Source: Coniocarpon cinnabarinum (Eukaryota). Taken from it: 64,000 nucleotides of DNA. Each line of letters begins with the position of its first letter. Positions within the stretch are counted from its first letter, which is position 1. Below, in pieces: positions 36,288 through 47,900 of this stretch. The DNA lies in NCBI GenBank assembly GCA_051942205.1, contig JAVECO010000105.1:1-64000 (forward strand). The letters run 5' to 3'. The notes beneath the pieces were generated by a model. The model was not told the DNA's origin. It saw only the letters and a program-made list of their open reading frames with translations, and searched no databases. The translations under genes were made by a program, and so were the position numbers.

Positions 36288-36839
36288 ATGGCAGACCCCT
36301 TGTCGCTTACTGCGGGGATCATAACCATTATCGGCGCAGTTCGGACTGCTGTCGTCTCCGGGTCAAGCATCTTCGCCATGTTGAAGGACAAACAACTCAT
36401 GAGTGACGAGCTTCTCCACTTGGAGCAGGCCGTCCGTGCAATCAAGAGCCTCGGCAGCACTTCCGTCAAGAATGATCTCCAGCTCCTACTTCAACGAGCA
36501 TCTACCATGCTCTATGAGCTGAATCAAACCATTGTTACTCATATCAACAATGCTACCGGTGCGAATGTCTTCTGTTGGCTGAGAAAGCTTCGCTTTGCAA
36601 CAGACATGGATCGGCATGGCCAGAAGATGCATGCTCTGAATCGAACAATAGCCATAGCTCTGAGAGTAGCACTCCTGTAAGTTCGAAGTGTGAAGTGGAG
36701 TCCTCGACCGTGGCTAACACCGACCACGCACAGCGAGACACAAACTCTGTCCATCCAACACATGTGTCGACGCTGCCGCACTGTTTGCCCGCAAGCCTTG
36801 CGCCAGCCCAGGCAAAGCAGCAGGGAAGATTCGGCGTGA
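36288..36839 (+). CDS. Short HeLo-like domain protein, about 164 aa
   Basis: cacaATG start, N-terminus MADPLSLTAGIITIIGAV. Phase-2 intron 36677-36733 (GTAAGT..GCTAAC..CAG). Exon 2 reads ETQTLSIQHMCRRCRTVCPQALRQPRQSSREDSA*. Confidence 0.75.
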
Positions 36840-38094
36840 AGATCAACATGGTTGATCAAATGGGAATTCAGTGATGCTGCCTAATGCAAACCTCTCTCTG
36901 TCATGAAAGCGCGTGCGCTTTAGAGTTCTTGCATGCAGGATGTATAATATGCAATTCTTTGGATCTTTCTTGCAGTCTAATCACATGAAGAACGAAGGGA
37001 TTCCCATTTAGATCATCTCAAGGTCCCAGGTAATGCCTACTGATCGTCTTGTTAATCTGTCATGTGTACCGACAGCTCAGGACAAAACCCTGTCAAAAGT
37101 AACGCGATGAAGGAATGAACGATCCCTGGATCCATTTCAACAGTTTGACTTGGTCCTGAATACGATTATCAAAGTCTTCCGTGCTACGGTATCGGTGCCA
37201 CGATTCTTGACACCGGACCTTGACGGCTTTCAATTGTATTGAATTCGCACCTTAGTGCGCAATCATTTACCTGTCTAAATAGAGATGTTGTGATGATCAT
37301 TGATTGGTCGACTATCTGTTGAGTGGCGAGAAGTCTGAGGACCCCTAGGGACAGTGGGTGCCTCATCACCTTCTATATACAGTAATTATATCACGTGACA
37401 GACGACCACCGAATTTTCCGCGAATTTTCCAACATCACCGGACTTCATCTTTCGTGCGGCATAGGCCTTGTCAACTCAGCGCTGCGTGACTACCTAGGAT
37501 GTACTTCATCATCACGGCATTGGAAACCTGGCACACCACGAGTTGTCCGTTCCAGAGTCTAGTGGACCGAGGATGACACGACAGGTGGACGGCAGGATAG
37601 CCGCAGCTCTGGATCCTTCACAACGCCCGGCTATATTTGGCCTACAGACTCATGACATGGCAATGAAGTTGAGCTGGATTTCCCTCCTACGCTCTTCCGC
37701 CACGAGAATGCAAATGGCCCCTCCATTATGCGCTTGAGTAGTGGTCGCCCAACACTGTTGCCTGATTGCAGTCACCGCATTAGGAGACTGCCCCTGCTAC
37801 CCGTGCTCAGGCTCCTCCATTTTCGCCCGTTGTTGGCTTCTACGTGTCCTGCCAAGGGTCTTGCAAGGACCCTTCGTATCTTTCCATCATATTGCGAACG
37901 TCAACATCACCGCAAACTGTGCCTAAAGCAGTAGAGTCCCTTGACGCGTGTTCTCGCTGAGATTCCTAAAGAGATTGAACATGCGCTTATAAGTTATGCT
38001 TCTTCATAGGTCTTTCCATCTTTGCATAATCTAGACTAGGCAGCAGTATACAGCAATAGATTCTTTACTTGAGCTCAAAGATGTCAATCAGCAG

Positions 38095-39752
38095 ATGGTG
38101 CGTAATCAATGCTTGCAGACACCCTGACACCTTGCCTTTGCGCTGTAGCGCGTCGTAGTGACTAGACCCACGAGCTTTCGCGCTAAGCAGCCTCATCTAG
38201 GTTTTTCTATCTAAATGTCCCTGGTCGAGAGGGAGATCCGTTCAATGTATCTTCGGCTGGTATAAGCTTGGCCTTGGCAGACCTCTGTGGAAAGACGTCT
38301 TCTGGGAATCTACAAAGGCAAAGCTTATTCGGAAAGATGTCAGTGAGTCGCTTGTAGGTTTATGACGCTTGAAGTGCGCTCACAACCCCACAGGAGAGTG
38401 CATTATACCTTTTGCCTATCACTATAATCCGCAGAAATCGCCAAGCGGCAATGTCGAGTTGCAAGCTGACGCGATAACTTTGAAGCAAGGGGAGCATCGC
38501 AAAGGTTTGAGCAACAATGAAAGCCGTGGCAAGGACTCGGGGGTAGACCTCTCCTCGTGGCTCATCGTCGCGCAGCCAGAGAGAAATACAAATGGCGATG
38601 TTAAGATGAGACCGCTCAGCAACGATCTCAAGCAGCAGGTACAATCCGCACTAGAAGGGTCTACAGGGGCGACGTCGCCGTTCAGAGACGCTCATTGCAT
38701 TGTTCATTGCCATGGAAATTCTTGCAACATCTATCAGAAAGGTATAGCAGCCGAGCACATGCAGGCGATAGTGGATGCCTGCCATCCGGACAAACTTACC
38801 TTCTTGCTTCAGTTTGACCCACAAGGATATGGATTGAGTTCGGGCTCGCCGAAGGAGGGATCGTCAACCGAACCTGGGCTCATTCAAGATGGCATTGTTA
38901 CCGTCAACTTGGTGCTCGACCGACTGAAGATCGCTGCGCATAACGTAGCAATCCTGGGGCATAGCCTCGGCACTGCTGTCGGAGCGGCGGTTTACGAATA
39001 CTTTTTATTGAAGCAGGACATCGAATTGGCTGGTCTGATCACCTCGGGCTCCTTTACGAGATCGCACGAGCTTCTGAAAACGTTCAAAGCCCTCCCATAT
39101 ACCTTGCCTTATTATATCCTTTGCTTTGGATGTGTTCCTATCATGGTGTTCCTCTTTGAGGATACGTGGGATACGCAGACACGACTTGAGAAGATTGTCG
39201 CCAGTGGCAAGACTTTCAAAATCTGCCTCTCTCATGCACATGACGACTTCAATATCTGGTGGCACTATTCGAAGCGGAACTATCTGGCTATGCGCAGAGC
39301 TGCTGGGTTTTCCAATGGCCATAAGAAGATACTTGGTATATTCGCCTCCGGAGACTTAGGAAAGCCAGACGAGGAGAAGCCGGGTGATCAGGGTGAGCAT
39401 TGTTGTGCAGGTCACAAGTACTGCTTGACTAATGCCAATAGCAGGTTATCGTAAGTGGTGTTTCGCGACAAAGCTCGATGGGGAAGGCTCTTTATTGGTT
39501 ACAAATTCTGGGCGTGAGCGTGTTCCACAGCCAATTTTCGAAGATCTTCTATGTCGCTAACGTTTCACGTACCTAGAGCATCGGCATAACTTATCACAGC
39601 CGATCTTCATCCATGAACTAATGCAGTTGCTGTATCATGGTGATCTCGCGGACCGATCAGATACCCACACTAGCCATGAGACGTCGCAGTCTGCGCTTTC
39701 TGCACTTAGTGAGAAAGGCTTAGAGAATCCCTCAAACACAGACACAAAGTAG
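38095..39752 (+). CDS. ABHD12/Bem46-like serine alpha/beta hydrolase (lipase-like), multi-exon
   Basis: HCHGNS, FDPQGYGLSSGSP, TEPGLIQD, nucleophile GHSLG, HAHDD and spliced C-terminal GQH. The 5' exon structure is tentative; the core is ORF 38369..39454. Confidence 0.75.
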
Positions 39753-40000
39753 CGGCCGGTGAATGAGACGGAGGGTGTCATTTGCGAGTGGACATCACCG
39801 CCAGCAGCTCCACAGCTGAGATTGGAAACCTATGGTGATATTGCGAGACATGGTGGGAACAAGAATGGTCATGCAGAGCTTCCAAAATATTTCCGAGGGT
39901 TCCGCTGCTGCCTCGCTGCCATCGCCACGCCGTCACGGAAAGAGCAGGTCGCTATCTCCGTTCGAGGTAGCTCGAGATACAAGTCACGTATACACACATG

Positions 40001-40026
40001 ATCACGTGCTCAAATCGAATCACGTG
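40001..40026 (+). promoter_or_regulatory. Tandem ATCACGTG (bHLH/Cbf1-type) sites upstream of the decarboxylase
   Basis: ATCACGTG at 40001 and 40019, about 600 nt before the ATG. Confidence 0.4.
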
Positions 40027-40612
40027 CGTATCGAGTCAACGAAAAATTCTTCCTCCACTGGAGTGGGCAACGAGGGGTACCTGAATCTTACCCTCCTAAC
40101 AACTCCACCTTCGGCCACAATTCCGTTGCACCTCCATCCGTCACCGAAGACGCCGCGCTAGGTTGACTCGACACAGCGATTCCTTATACGAAACGCCTTG
40201 CTCCGAGCTCTCGGACCATCCTTGCAAGTCTGTCCTTGGTGTACTTGCCGATCCTTTTCTTGTTTAAGCGTACGGAACATACAACTTCGTCACTTGATAG
40301 CGGTCTCGATTCCGCATATCCAGAACTTATAGATACCTTTATACGTTCCATGGTTGATATTCCGCAGTCACAAAAGTTGTCGTCTCATCTCTTTCTTGCT
40401 CTTTTCCTTTTCGTAATTTTTTGACGCGTGAGCCGTGCCTGTTGTTTTACTGCCACCCAAGTTTCCGGCCTTCAAGAACTTTCTCGTTTATCAGATTCGC
40501 GAACGGTCTATAAGACAAAGATCAATCGATCAATTGCAAAAGCTACGACACCAATCATACTAAACATATACAAGCAGCAGCACCTTGGTCTAAGGAAAAC
40601 AATCGCTCGATT

Positions 40613-42408
40613 ATGGACGCCAAGACGTTTCGTGAGACTGCCCATGCAGCTATCGAGGACAGTAAGTTGCTAAGCTTAACTCGATTTCTATCAGCAACTT
40701 ATTCAAAATCTGAACAGTAATCGTGCACGTCACGTCCTTTACCAACCGCCGCGTCACTCCTACTATCAGCCCGGGCTACCTCAATCCCCTTCTGCCATCC
40801 CGCGCTCCAGCAAAGCCGGAATCACCAAAGGACATTCTGAATGATATCGACCAGAAGATCAAGCCGGGTCTTACAGACTGGGTACGTTGCTCCTTTACTA
40901 TCCTAAATGTTCGGGTGCCTCATTGTACGGAAACCTCAGTCAACTGACGCACCCAGCAACACCCTAACTACTTCGCCTTCTTCCCTGCCAACCTCTCCTT
41001 TCCCTCGCTACTCGGAGAGCTCTACTCCGCGGCCTTCAACGCACCGGCCTTCAATTGGCTCTGCTCTCCCGCTTGTACCGAGCTCGAAACAATCATGATG
41101 GACTGGGTCGCCCGCATGCTCGGCCTACCATCTTGCTTCCTTTCCGACGGCCCTACAGCCGGCGGTGGCGTAATCCAAGGCTCAGCCTCCGAAGCTGTAC
41201 TCGTCGCCATGGTTGCGTCGAGAGAGCGATACATTCGCAATGTACTCACGCGCGAGGGGCTACTTCCGGAGTCCCCAGACGATCCCGAGGAGCTGATCCT
41301 GAGACGTGAGGATCGCGCTGCGGATGTTAGAGGGAGGCTTGTTGCGTTGGGCAGTGAACAGGCGCACAGCTCGACGCATAAGGGCGCTAATGTGCTGGGT
41401 CTGCGATACCGTACGGTACCGGCGCCAGCACCTCATTATGCTGTCACTGGCGATGCGCTCCGTAAGCGCATACGTGAACTGCGCGCTCAAGGCCTGGAGC
41501 CTGTCTACATCACCATCTGCCTTGGCACGACTTCTACGTGCGCCGTTGATGACTTCGGTGCCATTGCTGATGTTGCTCGTGAAGAGGCGCCGGACATGTG
41601 GATCCACGTGGACGCGGCATATGCCGGCGGCGCGCTGATCTGTCCAGAGTTCCGCTCGCCCTCTTTCATGGATCATCTGGAACGCTTAGACTCCTTCGAC
41701 GTGAACATGCACAAGTGGCTCAACGTTAACTTCGACGCTTCATGCATGTTTGTACGATCTCGCCTGGATCTGACGCAAGGTCTGACTATCACGCCGGCCT
41801 ATCTGCAGAATCCAGAGGCGATCAAGGGATTAGTGACGGACTATCGGGATTGGCAGATACCGCTGGGACGACGGTTCAGGGCGCTCAAAGTGTGGTGGGT
41901 CTTACGAAGTTACGGTGTCGAAGGCTTGCAGAAGATGGTGCGGGAACACGTGAGACTGGGGCATGTCTTCGCCGAGTTGTGTCAGAGCCAAAGAGGCCAA
42001 GAAGCAGGGCTGGAGGTCGTGGCGGGGCCTGCGTATGCTTTGACGGTGATTAGAGTGCGTGCAGATGCATTCAGGCAAGAGAAGCAAATCACAAATGGGA
42101 CGAACGGGACAAATGGCGTGAACGGGCATGCTAATGGAGTTGTGAAAAATCCTGCCGATGAGATGAACGACTTTGGCAACAAAGCGGCTGTAGAGTTTCA
42201 TGAGCCGAGCAATGCACTGACGAAAGAGGTGTATGAGCGCATTAACAAGGACGGTGAGTTCTTCTTGACGAGCACAGTGCTGCAGGGCACATATGTTATC
42301 AGAGTAGTGGGCGCGAATCCGAATACCAGCGAGAAGGTGGTGAGGCGGTTGTTCGATGTGATTGTAGAGACTATCGAGCAGGTCAGGAAGCAAAACGGGA
42401 TTGCGTAG
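40613..42408 (+). CDS. Aromatic L-amino-acid decarboxylase (group II PLP decarboxylase)
   Basis: MDAKTFRETAHAAIED start, W|QHPNYFAFFPA, SPACTELE, GGGVIQGSASEA, QAHSS, WIHVDAAYAG, PLP lysine in VNMHKW, and DWQIPLGRRFRALK. Two introns. Confidence 0.95.
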
Positions 42409-42727
42409 TTTAACGCTCGTCCCCCGAACTCACAAAGAAGATGAGCAGCCCCTTCGGAACAGTTTGCTATTGCTTAGAAGAGTCGCGATGATGACGACCA
42501 GCTGCGTGACTGCAGCTGTGCATCATCCAAGACGAGGCAATGCTTGCCTTGACTACGAACTCTGCCCCTGATGAGAATGCATCAGGAAAGATACGCCTTT
42601 CCAACGTTACATCATTCGTGCTTCCGCAACATCTCGATACCAGCCACCACCCATATCGTCGAGTACCCAAAGCCCAGTCTTCATCTACGATCTTGACCTG
42701 CTGTTCTGAGACCACCTGCTGATATGC

Positions 42728-44088
42728 TCAATCAATCGTCATAATATGCGACAAACTCAACTGCATCCCGTTCCCTCCACCACGTCGTGAACCACCCACC
42801 GTCGCACCACTCCCTGTAGAGCCGGCGCCAGACCTACCAGCACCATCAGAGCGAGGAGGCCGAGGGCTCACAAACATCCGCGAGCTCTCTGGCTCATCGT
42901 CAAAAAGCGTATCGATACCAAGCTCTAGCATTTTCTCTGCCACATTCGTCAGTCGGTCAACTTTGCACCCATGCGTTAGATGCGAGGCACTCACCGCGAC
43001 TGCGATAGTGGAATAAAGCCTCGAACAGTGGCTGCGCTTCGCCGCTGGGTCCTTTGTCGAGATAGACCTTTTGGTTCCGCGTCGTCTTCACGGATCGTTG
43101 ACCCCCTCGTGGGAGTTTGGGACGGTCACGGTATTTGGTGGGCCATGCTTTTGAGGTGAGGATTGGGTCTTTGAGACTGAATAACTGTTAGCAAATGTGT
43201 TTCAGGTATGGGAAGGTTGACGTACTCTACTCCGTGTGTGAGCTTCATTCTTTTTCTGTCTCTGGTTGTCGGCGTTTTACCCATTTTGACATCACGATTG
43301 TCTTCATTGATTCGGGCGCGAAAACGTGGCGCTCGCTTTGGTGGTCGCGCTGTTTTATCTCCGCGTTTTGGGTTGGGAGCCGCTCGTGCTCCTCTGCCTC
43401 GGTTCCCAACGTCCATGTTGTTTTTGGGTACTTCGTGAACGTCATATCGCCATGCGCATACCTTGATTGTGGCAATGTCGTCGTCCACCTCCCCCAGTTC
43501 CGACTCTTCATCATCATCATCATCTTCTTCTTCTTCCTTGGGCTCCTCCTCATCCTCATCAGCAGCATCAGCATCATCATCCTTGGCGTTGTCACCCTTG
43601 GTCTTATCGCCATCATTGCCATTACCTATTAATTTGAACGCTTAACCGTCATCCCAATAATGTCAAATTTCAAAGACTAACTCACCCTGAGGAAGCAGCA
43701 CAAAAACCGGCGTCAGTGTCGCAACCTGATTATTCCTCTTTCTCAGCACACCTTCAATGATATAATCCTTCGACGTTTGCTCCTTAGTCAGGATCCATTT
43801 ACGCATGTGTTCAGTCTTTTGTTCGCTCTTGGACAGGTGTTGCCCGTTGATGTAGGCGTAGACGTGCAGACCCTGGCACGAAAAGAGATGGGCAAAGTCT
43901 TGGAAGATGGCGACGCGGATGTTGATGGGCTCGTTTGTCTCAGCCTCGATATATACGTGCTTGCGTGGCCAACCGTTGGCGCCTAGCTGGCTTGTGTGCG
44001 GTATGTGTCCAGGACAAGGGAATTCAGGCTTGTGGCGCCCCTGTTTCAAAAGTTCGACGACGAGGTCAGGAAGCGCGGGAAAGATCAT
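42728..44088 (-). CDS. Conserved-type fungal hypothetical protein (DUF7918-like) with an acidic tract, three introns
   Basis: The spliced product joins HVYIEAETNEPINIRV, a D/E-rich linker, IATIKVCAWR, THGV and PLFEALFHYRSR|EKMLELGI. GT-AG sites are in consistent phase. Confidence 0.65.
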
Positions 44089-44913
44089 AATGCGGATGAT
44101 GATAGCCAAAAGAGTAAGAGGCTTTGAGTTTGGTAATAAGGGGAAAGCTCTGTACCTTTGCTTGAAAGAAAGGTCGCTATTCTGATCGAAGGAGATGGAT
44201 TGTTCGATGAGTATTCCTAAGAGAAAGAGAAGAATGTTGCAGGGTGCAAAAATTGTGCTAGGGAAGAGGTCCAAAAATAATCAGGTAGTAGCATTGTGAG
44301 GATCAGATAAGTGATGAATATGATGCAGCAATGCTTTACGTGAGCAGGTGCATACATCTTCTGAATCACAATCCAATGCAGACTGCAGGTTGTTTGAATA
44401 TGGAGCTGCCGACATTGTGCAGATGTTAGCCGTAAAACTCTCAGCATCACCTACAGCAAGCTTTGACATTTTCTGAGATCGGTATCGATGGAGGCGCTGC
44501 AGCTTCGTTGTGGAAGTTGGTTTTCAGAGATGAGTCGACAGAGAGCATCGGGGCTAGTGCTCCGCTGTAGACCCAGTAACTTGATCGCAATATTAACTTA
44601 GCTTTCGGATGTCCATTCTCGCACCTTATTCAAACCTTGACAGTTATGGATCTCGGTTTCCTCTCGCTTAGGGGAAGCTGAAGCTCTTTAATGTATCTTA
44701 CAAACGCGTCCACGCATGGAGACACAGTCTAAGCACAACGTCCTAAGGGAAGTCGCGCTCCGAAAAAAACTTTGTCTAATGGAAACTGTGACGGAGAAAG
44801 CAGTCGCTTGAACGCAATGAGCATTTACTCAAGACATCGCTAGTTCGTTAGATTGCCTCAGATGGGGTCAATGCAAGACAGCTTGTACTGCCACCAACCC
44901 AACTGCGTTCCAT

Positions 44914-47900
44914 TTACGATCCATCTGCAGCAGACGCATCGTGATTCTTAGGTCCCTCCGGCGCTGTCGGCTCTGCCACTTGTTCCCCAGCAATGCCAGT
45001 CGCCGCAAAATATTTCTCACACCCGTTTTCGCCCGCCTCTTGAAGCAGCGCATCCAACTCGCCATCGAATAACGGACCGCCATTCCAGGGCTCCCCGCTC
45101 ATATCAAAGTCATTGAGCACCGGGAAGTAGTCGGCATCGGACTGAGGCAGCGGCATGTCTGCTGCATAACCATCATTTGTGAAGTCGTTAAAATTGAATG
45201 TGTTGCTGGCCTCACCGAAAGCTGCGTCGCTGAACATGTTGAATTGATCGGAGAAGTTGGTGGGCGACTGCGGAGGATCCGAAAACATTTGATTCATAGA
45301 CGCTGTGAAAGGCGTGGTCGAATTGTTGGCAGGTTCTTTAGCCTTGGAGGGCGAAAAGCGAGGGCTTCGTCGCAGCTTCGTACCGCCAGGCGAGATGTTG
45401 CCAGGCGTCAGTCCATTATGGCCGGCTGCACGTCGCTTGGGCGTCTTAAATACATCATTTGAATGCTCCTGCTTTTTCGTAGGCGTCGTTGCAGTACTAT
45501 TCTTCAGCGAAGGCAGGTTTTCTTTGTTATCTCCTGAAGACTGCTCTGCAGTACTGACCGTCACTGTAACGCTGCCATTCTGCCCGGCGTTACATCCATC
45601 TAACGTCTTCATCTGTCCATCCTTCCTAGGTGACGGGAAGAGGAGCCGATTCACAGGCGGATTCGTGCTCGCTTCCTCAAGGTCGATGGGGGCGGCTTGA
45701 GATCCAGGAAACCTTGGAGGGCTCGATTTGATGGCCCGTTCAAGTGCAGCGGCGGCAGCAGCATCATTCAATGACTGTGCGGCCTCTTCAGATCTTCGCC
45801 GTGGAAGTTCTGGCTCTGCTGATCGCTCCCTCGGCCCAGAGCCGTTCCGGGCATCGTAATCGGTGTTTGCACCTCCTGGTCGAAAGGGCTCGCTCTCGAG
45901 CTGTTGGAGTTCTGTCTCAAAGGGCGTGTCGGCCTCGTTGTCTATCGGCGAACCAGCATCGGATTGCGGATCGCCGGAAGGTGTATTTTTCTCGCGCGCC
46001 GGCTTCTTCTTGCTCTGGCTCTCGTTCTTTGGAGCCTTTGCCCACTTCTCAGGTGGTCGCATGCTCCTCATTTTGAACAGCCAAATGCCGCATGCTATCT
46101 TTATGTTAGTGCCTTCGCAGAATTTACATGTGGTCGAACTCACAGTTGCATAGCTTCATCTCCTCCCATCCTTTCTCACCCCTGGCAATGCTTCTTCGTA
46201 TGACCCGATACGCTACTGGCTGGTTTGCCTCATCCCGCTCTGTAACTTCATTCCCCAGGTAACTTTCTTCACCCGCATGTGGAGTAAACTCTGGTGGCGG
46301 ACCCTGCATGTTCCGAATGAAGCACTTGCGCCACGTGGGCGTCTCTATCTCGCCGCAATTGCCGCAATGTTGTGGTAACTTACCCGCAGCCAAGTCAGCT
46401 TCCAGACGTACTTTGATAGCGTGGCGGCGTTTCACACCAGAACGAATGTCGGCGTTGCTCCGAAAATCCTCTTGCGACTCCCGTGCATCTAACATCAGCG
46501 AGGGCAGTGAAGCACAAGAATCACGACGATCAGCGTGAGGCCTTGGAGCAATAGAGGGCAGACCAGGGATCTGAGGAGCAACGAAATCCTCGCAGAGAGG
46601 CTTCGCAGGCGCATAGTCTTCATCGAAAGCTGCACTCTCAGGAACATCGCCAACGGGCTCTTCAGATGAATGCGACCTTTGGGGTCCTAATTGAGGGGAG
46701 GAAACGGCAGTCGAGGCAGCTCGACGTTTGGTATCCCGCTTGCCGGTCTTTGGTTGAGGTGGCCTCTTCGTGAGAAACGTCTTTTGTGGGAGCAGGCTCG
46801 GATCTCCCGGCACCTCTTCTGTGATGGAAAGCTCGGATGTAAGCATTGTCTCAGCTTGGACGGCGTTGACATTCGTTGAAGGCATTGCCTGAATCTCGCC
46901 GCGAGCAGTGGGGTCCTCATCTGGGATCTTGTCATCAAAGAGGTCGTCGAATCCACCACTTCCGAACCCTGAGTCGACAAAATCAGCTGATCTCGGCAGA
47001 ACTGGACTAGACGCTTCAACAAAGGGCATCTGTCCGACGAGTGGTGGAGATGAAGGAATGTCCAATGGCGTCGAGCCAACACTGTCAAATTGACTTTCGG
47101 GAGAGCTTGCCATCGAGGCTTCATTATCTGTGAGGGCGTCACTGATGCCTACAAGTCCAGAAGGCTGACGTGGCCTGTGCATCACCGCATCATCGGCAAG
47201 TGACGTGTTTGTGCGCCTCAAAGCTCCAGATGCCGACGGGCGTGGAGTAGGAGGGCGCGCAGGAGCTTCGTCTGCGGCAATTTGTGCTGCCGCTGTATTT
47301 GCAGCTGGCAAGGCATGGCCACGAATGGACGCAGCAGTACTTGCTGCGACTCTAAGTGAATCAGTAGTAGTCTGCAAGGCAGACCGGCCCTTCCAGCTAG
47401 TTTGTTCAACGCGAGCTCTCTTACGAGGCTGCTCTGACACGAAGTCATTTGCCTCGACGGGCAAGGCTGACTCGACTTGCGGCGCAGATGCTGTTTGTTT
47501 CAGCTTTGGTCGACTCCGCGTCGATGAAGCACGTGAAGATTGACGAGACTGCTGACCAGTACGTTGACCTTTGGGAGTAGCTGGCCGGCTAGTCGGTCTT
47601 GATGCTGAAGCGTTGACTGGCCGGAATTGGTTGCTTTGGTTGGCAAAGCTCTGCTCGAAATGATTGGTTGGGAATTGGGTATCAACTATTGAGCTTGGAG
47701 GGTTTGGATTACCGGCAACGCCTTGACTTGGCTGTGGGTAATTCATGGTGGGGCTTGGCATGGCTGGTGAAGGATTCGTCATCAACAAATTGCTCCAGGC
47801 AGCAGCATCCCCGCTCTGAGTGGAGAAGTTGCTAGTATCCCGATATTTTTGCATGCTTTCCATGTAGTCATTTTGCAGGCTGGTTGGAACGGGAACCAAC

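Noticed and set aside
38259..38393. Possible [D1,2] stwintron G|GTATAA..CAG|TGAGT
   Set aside because: An ordinary exon ending at the GTGAGT donor gives an in-frame product more simply.
42091..42140. NGTNGTNGVNGHANG repeat in the decarboxylase as an amyloid signalling motif
   Set aside because: A common low-complexity insert in fungal enzymes, internal and not at a signalling terminus.
25662..42408. Classical secondary-metabolite gene cluster
   Set aside because: No PKS, NRPS, terpene synthase, transporter or cluster regulator, and the genes are dispersed.
43480..43625. TCA/TCT/TCC triplet repeats
   Set aside because: They encode the D/E tract of the minus-strand gene; not an independent repeat.
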